A DNA stretch of 64,000 bases from Bugula neritina (GCA_964035545.1 OZ037767.1:27358628-27422627); one strand, 5' to 3'. Counted from the stretch's first letter, positions 27,236 to 39,209 are shown. Notes: a model not told the origin generated them from the sequence alone. Made by a program: numbers and translations.

Positions 27236-28500
27236 ATGAGCGAAAATTCACATTTGCTTTTACAGTCGACAGAAATGACTTCAAACTGCAACCTCAGTGG
27301 TAAGTTCTCTTTACTACAACTGTTATTCTGTTCACCTGTTTGCAATGATGGTCTCTATTTGTCACCGAGTGACAGAAAAGTCATAAAAGTAATTGATTGA
27401 CTTGCAGTTAGAGACTGTATCAAGCGTTGTATTAGTGTTTTATGACCTCATAACTACCACCAATTACTTGATTACCATATGCATACTTTACATATCACGT
27501 ATGTAAATGTACACCTAGCTGAAGTTGAAAATAATTAATAAATTGCGAGAACTGTCTCATTGATAATATTAATTACAGTATGAAATAATTTGTTGGAAAG
27601 CACTTCCCAACAACATCTATTTATAGAAACATACTTGTGGAAATTCTCGCAAGCAATATATTTTTGCAATTTTAGATATGCATCTGTGATTATTGCAATA
27701 TAAAAACAATTATTTTTGTAGGAACTAAGACCAAACGAAAAGTAGAAAAGCGAAACACAAGAGAAAGGACTAGAATTGGAGTGATAAATACAACATATCA
27801 AACTCTTCGACGTTTTTTTCCACCAAAAAAGTCTGGTCGGAGAATGAGTAAGTTAGAAATACTACAAAGAACTATAAATTACATAAAAGATCTAACTGAA
27901 GCTCTCAATACTGACTCGCCATCATCTCCAAGTAAACTAGTCAACACTGAGTTACCAAAGAAACCCAGAGCCAGCAAAACCAAGTTACAACATGTATTCT
28001 CAGACATGGAGCTCCAGGAGCTTGACTTTGAAATAAACTCTCCTACATCATTCAACACATCTTGCTCAGACTTTAGTTTCACTCAATTAGCCCATTCAGC
28101 CTTTGAAGACTGCACATCGGCAGGTCTTGAACCCGAACAGTTAATGTTCACAACTCAAACTGACACCACCTCCTCGCTATACTCAGCAGTTCCCACCAGT
28201 TACTACCAGGAACCCGTGACACAGGATCTGAATATATACAATAATATCTCTTGTCAGCAATCGCAGCATGTATATTCACCAACGGCATCGAACACTAGTA
28301 TTAGTTCACAGTCGAGCTACCACTGTAATGAAAATAACGTAGTGCACTACTCTAACGCTCCTTCATACGAAAATAATGTTGAAAACTGGTTCAATACTAA
28401 TGCTAACAGCCCAAATGTTGAATGTGCAGAAACATATTACACATATGAAAATAGTTATTCACAAAATTCACAGTACCCTTTAACTCATTATGCCTGGTAA
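27236..28500 (+). CDS. Group A bHLH transcription factor, achaete-scute-like; exons 27236-27299 and 27722-28500
   Basis: A phase-1 intron (G|GTAAGT...TTTGTAG|GA) restores the basic region: KRKVEKRNTRERTRIGVINTTYQTLRRFFP..RRMSKLEILQRTINYIKDLTEAL, followed by an S/T/Y/N-rich tail. Subfamily is uncertain. Confidence 0.85.
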
Positions 28501-30361
28501 ACATAACATTTGATTGTGTAATATTTTTTTAATTTTACAAAAACTAGCATTCCGTTATATTTTTGCATGGTGAAAAATAATTTTATTTATTGGGAGAAGA
28601 CTTTGTATCTATGTTTCAATTTTACTTGGCAGCAGAACAATTATAAGAGAATTTTTTCCTTATTTACTTATAAATTTCATTTATTATTAACAATTTAATT
28701 CTTTTATTTTATGATTAGCAGATCAGTAAAATTTCTAATAAACATTTGAAAATTTATTGGCTTTATCGCTATAATAATTTGACTTTTCAATTCAAAACTT
28801 GACTGTCTAAATGCATGCATTAAGAGAAAAAGTTGTTTTATACATTACAATTCATACAGTAAAATGCTTGGTGAAATTTTAAAAATAGCAGTGCGTCTTA
28901 GCATTATTTCGACCAATGATATTAGAATTGTTTGATCAATGGTGCATGACATGTAAAATTTGTTTAAACCATGCAAGATGTAAATTTAATTTTCAATGCT
29001 TCAGTAGTCAAATTGAAATTTGGAAACTTTTTCTCCGACTAAAATTTGGCAGTAAAAGAACACATTTTTGTCTAGCTATGCGATTATTATATGCACATGG
29101 GTGATTAGCATGCATGCAAGGCCTGGTAGGTTGAAAGCTAGCAAAACTAGATGAAGCCTGAATTATTTTTCATGGCTATATTTGAGACAATTTACATTAA
29201 TTTCTTATATCACAATGCATAGGAAATGATTTTAATCCAGTAGCAAGTTTTGCATATTTCTGAAGTGTTGAACAATTTTTTAATGACAAAATATCATCCG
29301 ATTTGATATTAGACTTTGTTTTATCACTATGCAGATTCTAAAGTGTACATCTTCAACTTGTTGATTTGTACTAATAAGTAAGAAATAAATTATGCATAGA
29401 ATATATATTTTTTCAAACTTCAATTATTCCCAACTTGAACCTAAACAAAGCAAGTGGGTAACAGCAACAACCTATGTGCCGTTATATGTGCAACTTTACC
29501 ACTATTTTAGTTTTTAAATTAAATTTACACCTCTTAGTTTAGCATGTAAGTTGACGATACTAAACTTTTAAGCTGCAATGGAGTGTTCAAAGACGGTTTT
29601 ATGAAACTGCAAAAATGACACGCAGTTCCAGCTGTGTGGTAGAGCGAATTAAAATAGTGTTTCTATGTCATTATTTGTGTAGCCAAAATGCGGTTGTCAA
29701 ATAGGAAGTTAGTTTGAAAGAGTTGTCTAAACAAAATAACAAAATTTTCTGAGAGCACAACTTTGAAGCATGAATATTGAAGAGACATTAATTATTATAG
29801 AGAGAGCAGCCGTAGTCTAGGGGTTAAAGCGTTTGCCTGGTAAGCACGAAGTCATGAGTTCGAGCCCCGACAAAGGCCATTGGTGATGTTAGGAAAAGCA
29901 TTCAGCAGTCATAATTGTTCCTGTGCCCCATCTCAGTGTGGTATATTAAGAGTGTTGACTTTAAACCATGAAAAATCATTATGTCGCTAATTGTACCGCA
30001 AGTTTATATAAGTTATAATGGAAAAATTTTGCCACTTTTGTGATTTTATTATTTTTTTATATTATGTGTCTATTTTTTTTAGTTTTGTTTATTGGTAAAG
30101 TTTTTAAACATATTTTCAATACATGTAAAATTTAAAAAAAAATTAAAACTTAATCATGCACGTAAATACAAAGCTATAAAGTTTAAGCTTCGCTGTGATT
30201 ACAATGTGAATATGAATTGAATAATGCTCGCAATAACCATTTTACACAAAATATGTTACAGTTGCTATAAATGTAAGACTAGTAAATTGGATGCAAATAG
30301 GCACGGTGATACTATTTAATTTATGCTATTTTTGAAATTTGTAGTAAATATTCGGCATGTA

Positions 30362-31173
<812 letters not shown>

Positions 31174-31297
31174 GCCAAATATTTACTACAAAATTCAAAA
31201 ATAGCATAAATTAAGTAGTATTACCGTGCTTATTTGCATCCAATTAACTAGTCTTACATTTATAGCAACTGTAACGTATTTTGTGTATAATGGTTAT

Positions 31298-31649
31298 TGT
31301 AGTAATTTGTGCAATTACTGAGCGTGAGTTATTTACTTGCGTATAGTTAGCTGGTTATTCTGTTATCAATTACTAGGGTAGCTGTCGAGTAATTATATTT
31401 ATTATCCACAATAAAGCATAAACCAAACATCACATCAAATTATCCTATACAAGAGTCAACTACTAACACATGTTACTACTACAAGCCTCCGCTTACAACA
31501 ACGTGATATATTGTTAATAACCCGGGAAGTGTCACGTGACTCGGAAGCATATCTTCCGGAGCTGCTAATTGGTTGCTACATAAGAGTCTAAGTATTCCAA
31601 GAATAGGGAGAGGGCGATTCCTGTATTTGTACTTGCACTACTCACTACA
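31298..31649 (-). repeat. 3' LTR (352 bp)
   Basis: Identical to 36207-36558; preceded on the - strand by the PPT. Confidence 0.97.
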
Positions 31650-31661
31650 CCGTCCCCCCCA
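31650..31661 (-). promoter_or_regulatory. Polypurine tract
   Basis: Minus strand GGGGGGGACGG immediately before the TG of the 3' LTR. Confidence 0.85.
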
Positions 31662-31939
31662 GCAGAAAGCCCTACTTTCTGATAACACAATAAAAAAACA
31701 TAATGAAAAACCATACAATAATCCAAAAAGGAAATATTCATAAGTAAACCCACAAAGAGTAAGAAAAGAAATAGTTAAACACGACAACGTTTACATTAGA
31801 AGACAACAGGGTGATCGATCACACACATCTAGTCAGCTATTAAGAGAGAGGGTGCTTACCAGCACGCGGGCCAATGTCGGAGCGCTCGTCACATCCTAAA
31901 CGAGCTATAGCTCAACGAAGGTGCCTACCCCAGGCATTC

Positions 31940-32653
31940 TCATTGGTTGGACTCTGCTTCTTGTAGCGACCGTGCTCTGTGTCGAGCCTGTCGGGCCCGT
32001 AGCCGCCTCTTCAGTCGTCCCACTGAGTCTTTCAACTGGTATAGACCTGTCGTCGTATCCAGCAAGTCAGGGGCAAGTTGTGTGAACTCGGCTTGCAGTC
32101 TTAGAAGCCGCTCTTCTACGTTAGCCAGCTGGCTAGGCCTTGGTGGGGTTATAGGGGTCTCCGTTATACGGGATATGGTTGTTTCTTCTACTTCTGGGGT
32201 GTTGCTAGGGTTGACGGGGGTAGGAGGTGGGCCCTGAACCATAGGGGACTTATGGCGGGCAGATAGTAACAGTACGTGAAACCCTGACGTTAGTGCGGCC
32301 AGGGTAATAGCCTTCCTGATGACTGGCTTGATGGCATCCAGGTATAGGGGGAAACTGTCTTCATCAACAGTGTGGTTCTCTCCGGCGAAGCAGCTTAGCT
32401 TATGTACTGTCACGGGATACGGGTAGACGTCGTGGAACCCGCAGGGACAGAAGTGGAGTAGGAAATGGGCATCTACATGTAAACGCAAGGAGCGGTGCGA
32501 CGGGCACTCCTCAAAGCAGACCTGGCAGGTTCGGTGTGGTCCACTGGGTCCCCAGGCTTCTTCAATTCTCCTCTCTGTCGTGGGTGACACCCAACGGTGT
32601 CGTCGGCGGAGTACTACTGGTATGCCATTCTCCATTACAGGCTCTTCTTCCAT
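31940..32653 (-). CDS. LTR-element accessory ORF (237 aa from first ATG): C2H2 + C2HC zinc fingers, Pro/Thr linker, coiled coil, basic tail
   Basis: CQVC-x12-H-VDA-H and CPC-x12-H-KLS-C; heptad leucines LANVEERLLRLQAEFTQL..LYQLKDSVGRLKRRL; no signal peptide or TM segment. Uninterrupted ORF in sense with gag. Confidence 0.8.
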   Translation of the reverse strand: MEEEPVMENGIPVVLRRRHRWVSPTTERRIEEAWGPSGPHRTCQVCFEECPSHRSLRLHVDAHFLLHFCPCGFHDVYPYPVTVHKLSCFAGENHTVDEDSFPLYLDAIKPVIRKAITLAALTSGFHVLLLSARHKSPMVQGPPPTPVNPSNTPEVEETTISRITETPITPPRPSQLANVEERLLRLQAEFTQLAPDLLDTTTGLYQLKDSVGRLKRRLRARQARHRARSLQEAESNQ

Positions 32654-33299
32654 AGACAGAGAGGTTGGTTGGTCCCGTGACCGGGAGGTGGTCACTCGAG
32701 TGTGATCTGAAAGAGTAGCAGTGTTAAAGATTATACACTGAGACACCGTCGGCGTGTACAGCCTGACCGGTACTCTGTTCAGTTACACTCGTGAGATTCA
32801 GGCTAATGAATAGTTGATGGAGAACACACTCGCTATGACAGATTATTCAAAATCAAAGTCGACGTGTATTCCCACCACTGTTTATCATTATCGAATCTCC
32901 AGCTAGCTAGTGTAGCTAAGCTGACTGATGCAGTCTAGTTATCGTACCAAAAACATAATTAACTCACCCTTCGATCCAGAATAGTAAGACATTTTGGAAT
33001 GAGAGTGGTAACTGATTACTGTTTACTGGCACGTCTACTCTCGACTGCATCAACATAGGAAAAGACCGGACAGCGTGGTTGTGAAACGTGACTAGGGCTT
33101 TTCACTTCCAGCGGATGAATCTCGTGTGAGATTCCGCCGAGGCAAAAGTTGAGATTCTCGTGGTGATCACAACTCCCACGGCTCTTTGCCTGTTTTCCCA
33201 TGCGAGGCCTCTCTAGACTTTTGTTACTGCCGCTTATACCGCGGTCACGTACACAGTCTCTGAGACACGCTGGAAGTTGCCTAGTGTGTGGTGCTGGTC

Positions 33300-35266
33300 C
33301 TATGTTGGCATCTCCTTGCGGAGCCCCTCCCACGGGGGTTTTTGCACTTCCGGACCTGTTTCTGGTTCCGGAAGTGGTGATGATGGCAGGCTTGACGTTG
33401 GGGGCGGTGGGCGCACTTTCAAGGACGGAAGTGGCCTTTCTCGCCTCGCCAAGTCTTCCTGACGTGTCATGGAGGTGTTTCCGGCCAGGTTGACAGTCTC
33501 CGCCTGCCGAGACCTTCTCGCACAATGCGTCTGCCGCCCCGCTTCACCAGGGAGACGGCTATGCTTGTTGGTCTGGCAGACTTTGCACCGTCTCACTCTG
33601 CGTCGGATATCCCATTCCATGTTAGGCCAGTACCACCGGAGTTGTAGCTTGGTGACCACCCCTTGGACTCCTCCGTGAGTCTCCTCGTGGGTGTCTTGTA
33701 TCAACTTCCGGCGGATGGCAACTGGGCAGACAACCCTCTTCCTGGCTGGCTGTCCGCTGTTGGCGGCCAAGGTCATGGTTAGCAGACCATCTGGCCCGAC
33801 CCGCAGAGAGCTCCAACGTTGACAGTACAGCCGTAACTCGGCGCATCCCTGTCGCCGTTGTGTACTACTGGGTCGTCGCCCCTCCTGTTTCGCTCGGTAC
33901 ACGTCGGCTACCACCCCAGGAAGGCACTCCTGGAGCTTCGGCAGCTCCCTAACGTTACCAGCCCATACAGGTTTGGCGCGGAGGCTCTGGGCAGCCTCCG
34001 GGGGCGTGTCAGCCCTCTGTTGAAGTGGCTGAGCAGGGGCGGTCCTCACCGCCCGTGGTACCTCACGGCAGCCTGCTCTATTTAGGCGGGCTCCGTGGTC
34101 TGTGTGGCTGAACGCCTCACTGTACCCATGTGGCAACCTAGCCATAGCCTGGCGCTTCCCGTTGCCTGTGCAGCCACGCGTCCCTGGAGGAGGGGAGGCG
34201 TGGGTTGGGACGGTCCTCCGCCCTCGAGACGGGCTCTGCTGAGGACCTTCCGTCGTAGCTCCCGACGACGGCCCAATGGCTTCCTCCTGGACAGGATGGA
34301 AGCGACCCAGCATGGATCTGGGTGGTAGGTCTACTGTCTCTGAGAAGGGGTTGACACACTGCACTGAGATCTCTCCTTGCCCCGTGAGCCGGCTAAAACT
34401 ACGGGCAAGTTGGACTCTCGAGTGCGTACTTTCGACAACTCCCAACTTAGAGGTTTGGCCACCGTCTACCTTGCAGCGGACGGTAGCCCGGGAGTGGCCT
34501 GGTATAGTACAGCTCCGTACTACCTGCACTGCTCCCGCTAGAGGACGACCAAACTTATCGACACAAGCGAGCTCCTTGTCGCCCATGATTATCGCAGATT
34601 TACTGAAATCGATGCGACAACCGTGTCGTTGTAAGAATGGCATCCCGAGGATAGCATCCTCGTTGAGCTGCCCGACGATAAACGTCTCTTGGATGGCCTG
34701 GTTACGGACGTAACCAGTTAGCTCAATAATGCCGTAGAAGGGAATGCACGACCCGTCTGCCAAGGTGCCGTGATCCCCCTCGTACGGTGCCAACCTGTCC
34801 TTGACCTTAGCGCTGAGGGTGTCAAAGAACTGACGGCTAAGGAGGTTGGTGGTGCAGCCGGAGTCCAGGGGAAGTTGGCAGGCTTGCCGGCTAACTTCCC
34901 TGGCAGGAAGTAGCTACTTCTGTGCGGCTGCAATTGAGTGTGCCGTGGTTGCACCTCCCTCGCTGTGGGTCGAGGGGTCCACGGTTGGCGGCGACTATTG
35001 ACCAGCTGCCGAGGTTGGGGCGGTACGCCTTGCGGCGCTCGTACCGTTTCCCTCGCAGGCTCTGTGGTCAACCGTCTGCCGGCTCCGTGTTGGTGCCGGA
35101 GTGGCGTAGAGGACCCAGGCGGCGAGTGGCTTGAGCCTACTTGCCGCGGGGGTCGCCACTTCACAGCATCTCCGCGCGGCGCCCAGCGGGGCGACAGACG
35201 CGCGGGCCTCCCTGGGTGATTCACAGACGGCCCGCAGGAGGTGGGAACATCTGCGGGCCGGGGTAG
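33300..35266 (-). pseudogene. Truncated pol: aspartic protease (LDSGCTTNLL, 1-nt frameshift just upstream), RT-start remnant, integrase HHCC; no RT/RNase H or DDE core
   Basis: DSG codons at 34865-34857; ILGMPFL protease end; THEETH..CKVC at 33689-33576; no YxDD or RNase H motif; the ORF leaves integrase at VNLAG. Confidence 0.85.
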
Positions 35267-36171
35267 TTTAACCCTGGTGGGAGTTGAGGGCAGTTTCTCT
35301 GGAAATGTCCTGGCCTTCCGCATTCCCAGCAGAAGTGGTGCCCCATGTCTGGTGATTGTACCTGCGGCCCGCAAGGCTCACGGGCAGTATCTACCTGGCT
35401 TGGGGAGGCTAATGTGGTGACCAGTTTATCTAGCATGTCAGTCATCTGTGAGATTTTTGACGCTAGTGACATCTGGTTCACACTAGCCACCGCGGAGGGT
35501 TCCGCATTTACTTCGGTGTGAGCAATAGAGTGCTCCGTGGTCACCTGGCGGGAGGCCACGCGGTTGCGGTGCATATGAGTCGCCAAGAGATAGGCTTCTC
35601 CCACCGCAAGTGCATCTTCGACTGTGGTGACTCCCCTCGCTTGGAGTTGATGGTGGAGCCCCAAGTCGTTGATGGACTGCACGAAGGCATCATAGGTATA
35701 CCTCTCACGGTGTACCGGAGGCAGATCGCGGAATGCGATCTGCGCTAATGGGTACACCGTGGCAGCGTGCTCTTCTAGTGACGTGTGAGGATCACGCCGC
35801 ATCCTCTGTAGACGGGCCCGCGCATCTATGGGAGAGATGCCAAAACGGGCCCGCAGGGAAGCAAAGATTCCGTCTATGTCAGGTCCAGCTCCGTACGGCT
35901 TAGCTTTGCCCATCAGCGCCATCCTGAGCTTGAGCAGCGCCACCCTTGGCGGCCACTCTGAAATCTCCATCACATCTTGGAATATTTGGATAAACTGCTC
36001 CACTCCTTCTTCGCCTGCGAAGGTGGGCGCCTTCATCCGGTATCTGTCTTCACCATACTCTCTAAGAATTCTCACTTCTTCATCTAACACCACTGGTTCC
36101 ACAGGTATATCAACATTATCTCTCTCACCTTCATTCAGTGGAATGGGTAGCTCCGTGCCGTCTTCTGCCAT
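35221..36171 (-). CDS. gag: Gag with CCHC zinc knuckle
   Basis: Intact ORF from ATG 36171 (MAEDGTEL); capsid-like region KAPTFAGEEGVEQFIQIF; CWECGRPGHFQRNC knuckle. Confidence 0.92.
   Translation of the reverse strand: MAEDGTELPIPLNEGERDNVDIPVEPVVLDEEVRILREYGEDRYRMKAPTFAGEEGVEQFIQIFQDVMEISEWPPRVALLKLRMALMGKAKPYGAGPDIDGIFASLRARFGISPIDARARLQRMRRDPHTSLEEHAATVYPLAQIAFRDLPPVHRERYTYDAFVQSINDLGLHHQLQARGVTTVEDALAVGEAYLLATHMHRNRVASRQVTTEHSIAHTEVNAEPSAVASVNQMSLASKISQMTDMLDKLVTTLASPSQVDTAREPCGPQVQSPDMGHHFCWECGRPGHFQRNCPQLPPGLNYPGPQMFPPPAGRL
35229..35272 (-). promoter_or_regulatory. -1 programmed ribosomal frameshift signal (gag-pol)
   Basis: G_UUA_AAC in the Gag frame (35272-35266), 6-nt spacer, perfect 9-bp stem GGCCCGCAG/CUGCGGGCC with a 13-nt loop. 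The -1 frame is the one leading to the protease N-terminus. Confidence 0.8.
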
Positions 36172-36187
36172 GACTGCTATACGCAAG

Positions 36188-36205
36188 ATCCCACCGCTGC
36201 CACCA
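36188..36205 (-). promoter_or_regulatory. Primer binding site, tRNA-Leu
   Basis: TGGTGGCAGCGGTGGGAT, 1 nt after the 5' LTR, is complementary to the 3' end ..AUCCCACCGCUGCCA-CCA of metazoan tRNA-Leu. Confidence 0.9.
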
Positions 36206-36206
36206 C

Positions 36207-36558
36207 TGTAGTAATTTGTGCAATTACTGAGCGTGAGTTATTTACTTGCGTATAGTTAGCTGGTTATTCTGTTATCAATTACTAGGGTAGCTGTCGAGTA
36301 ATTATATTTATTATCCACAATAAAGCATAAACCAAACATCACATCAAATTATCCTATACAAGAGTCAACTACTAACACATGTTACTACTACAAGCCTCCG
36401 CTTACAACAACGTGATATATTGTTAATAACCCGGGAAGTGTCACGTGACTCGGAAGCATATCTTCCGGAGCTGCTAATTGGTTGCTACATAAGAGTCTAA
36501 GTATTCCAAGAATAGGGAGAGGGCGATTCCTGTATTTGTACTTGCACTACTCACTACA
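36207..36558 (-). repeat. 5' LTR (352 bp)
   Basis: Identical to 31298-31649; followed on the - strand by the PBS. Confidence 0.97.
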
Positions 36559-38380
36559 TTATTGCAAGCATTATTCAATTCATATTCACATTGTAATCAC
36601 AGCGAAGCTTTAACTTTATAGCTTTGTATTTATGTGCATGATTGAGTTTTAATTTTTCTTTTAATTTTATGTGCATTAAAAACGTGTTTAAAAACTTTAC
36701 CAATAAAAAAAATTAAAAAAAATGTACACATAAAATAGAAAAAAAATAAAATAACAAAAGTGGCAAAATTTTTCCCTTATAACTTATATAAACTCGCGGT
36801 ACCAATCTCGGCATAATGGCGCCCATATGATTCCGTAAGATTTGCTAATGGCAACACTCTTAATATACCACACTGCCCCATCTGAATAAGTCCTTAGCCC
36901 AATTTAACAAAAAACCTTCCACCAGGGGTTTTCTTACAAAGATGATGACTATAAACTTGTGTGAGTTTTATTTATAATAAATAAATAATTTGTTATTTTT
37001 CATAATTATACATTTACGTATTGTAATAACAAAATATATTTATGTGTTGCAAGGAATAATAAGTATTTTGTGTTCAAAATTTTGTATCCACAAGAAGTTA
37101 TCTGTACTATGTGCGAGCTCAGTTTTTTTTAGTTACCTAAATACTGTTGAGTAAATCTAAACCATTTATCACTCGCTTCCTGTGGGTTTTTACGTTCAAC
37201 TCTTTGCAATGATAATTAAATTAATGCTATGCCTGTTCGACAGGCCATTGTTGTGTTGTTTATTAGTTGTTTACAAATGCCACAATACCAAACGCCAATG
37301 TTTATTGAAAAATATTACGTGTGTGAACACTGGAATACGATAAATTTAAACTATTTTATTATTATTATATTTCAGTAGGTGTGTCCGTGTGACACTCACA
37401 CTGACACTGACAGTCACACTGTGACTGTCAGTGTCACTCACACTGTGACTGACTGACTTGAAAGTTAACATGAATATCAATATTATGCCAAGCCCGATGG
37501 CAAGCCAAACTCGCAATTGTAGCAATCACAATGTTAATGGCAATCTCAAAGTTAAATTTAAAGTAATTGTGATTGTCAATGTAATACTAATACTTATATT
37601 TAATTTGTAAATAATTTATAGTTATACTTATAAGTTATAGTTATACTGGTTGTCATTGTAATCAGTATGAGAATCACTGATTCATTACAGTTTGATTTGC
37701 TAGTAATAGTATTGATGGCAATTGGCATTGCTTGTCGTTTTTACTGCTAATTTTTCGACACCCAATCATCCTAATACTAATAGTCATATAATTATAATAG
37801 TGGTAGTAATTATTATTAATATTATTATAATAATAGTGACAATAGCAATTGATAAATTATCAGTAATATTATATTTATTAGCCTTAATCAGATTTATCAA
37901 AAATTAAAATTTTTGAGTAGTTGAACCATCAGTTGTTCTGGTATAAACTGGCAACTTCAATGTGAATCAATATTGGCATATAACTTATGACTATGAATAT
38001 GAGTATGTTCAATACAATAGTTATTATAATCGGTTTATGCATTAAATCAATAATACCTAAAATCGCATATAATATATTTAGCCGCTTTTATTTAGTTTTT
38101 CATAAATAGTTGTAACATAAATTATTAAATAATTTGATGTTATTGTTGTGATTGCAATCATAATGACCTGATGCTGATAATCAAAATGATATTATTGTAT
38201 CTATAAGTATAATAATAATAGTTGTAACAGCCAACATGGCCCGTTTATAACACATCTTGTTAGTGCAAATAAACAGTAATCCAAGTAATGAAAATATATT
38301 CATAAACTGCTTATAGTTAAATTGTCAACCCTACTGTTATTAGCATTTGACCATATTTATTTTCAATAGAATTAGTGTCC

Positions 38381-38585
38381 TGTTATAAACTGTGTTATGT
38401 TATCAAACACATCTTGTAAACTAATCTGTTTAGATAGCTATATAAAGACTTGTAAGGTGCACTTCATGCTTTGTTCTAGACTTGTTATAAACTGTGTTAT
38501 GTTATCAAACACATCTTGTAAACTAATCTGTTTAGATAGCTATATAAAGACTTATAAGGTGCACATCATGCTTTGTTCTAGACTT
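38381..38585. repeat. 102-bp direct tandem duplication
   Basis: Copies start at 38381 and 38483 and differ at ~2 positions. Confidence 0.93.
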
Positions 38586-39209
38586 GGCGTAGGTCAAGTG
38601 CTAGACCATGGCTAGTGCAGCCGTTTTGTAGCACTAGTAGAGCCAATCAGTTTTCACGTTGCCGTTTTTAGCATCAGTTGAGATTTACGGCTCTAATAAA
38701 GTACCATCAAAAACAAACATCATAAAATTTATGCTTATAGTAATAGCTGGTTGCTTCAAATATTTACTTAAGTTGAATAAAAACTGTAAATTTAAAAGAT
38801 TTGCAAGTCAATTCAAGTTGTAGTTGAAGTTAGTTTAAATCTACTCATCAGTTTTATTTTCATTCAAAATGTTTTCTGATGGTAGTGAAGTATTTTAGAA
38901 GCTAATTGAATTCAAGCAAAAACACACATATTTGAAATCACTATTGACTTTAAAGACTATTTTTAAATTTGCAATTAATTGCAAGCTGACAAGTAACTTA
39001 CATTATGGTGTAAGACATTGTACCGCTCACATATGGTTTCGACATCTTTACTGAATGGCATAAAAATTGCTCTTATTATATATTACCTACTATAAAGTTA
39101 ATAGCTCAGGGCACTTTTAGCTCTTGTGTTTTAAACATCATCTGTAATTTGTTCTGAAACATATTGGTTGTTGTTGTAGTTCAAATATACAATTAGCAGC
39201 GAAGAGGTT

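Larger units (their letters stand above)
31298..36558 (-). mobile_element. Ty3/Gypsy-type LTR retroelement, 5261 bp, internally deleted (non-autonomous) with an extra 3' ORF
   Basis: 352-bp LTRs (31298-31649, 36207-36558), identical by eye, with TGTAGT...ACTACA ends; 4-bp TSD TTAT (31294-31297, 36559-36562); PBS, PPT, Gag-CCHC, protease and integrase HHCC present. Confidence 0.97.

Noticed and set aside
31940-32746. env gene interpretation of the 3' ORF
   Set aside because: No signal peptide, furin site plus fusion peptide, or TM anchor.
31947-36211. Many plus-strand and alternate-frame ORFs inside the LTR element
   Set aside because: Antisense or overlap shadows of GC-rich gag/pol/accessory sequence with no recognisable motifs.
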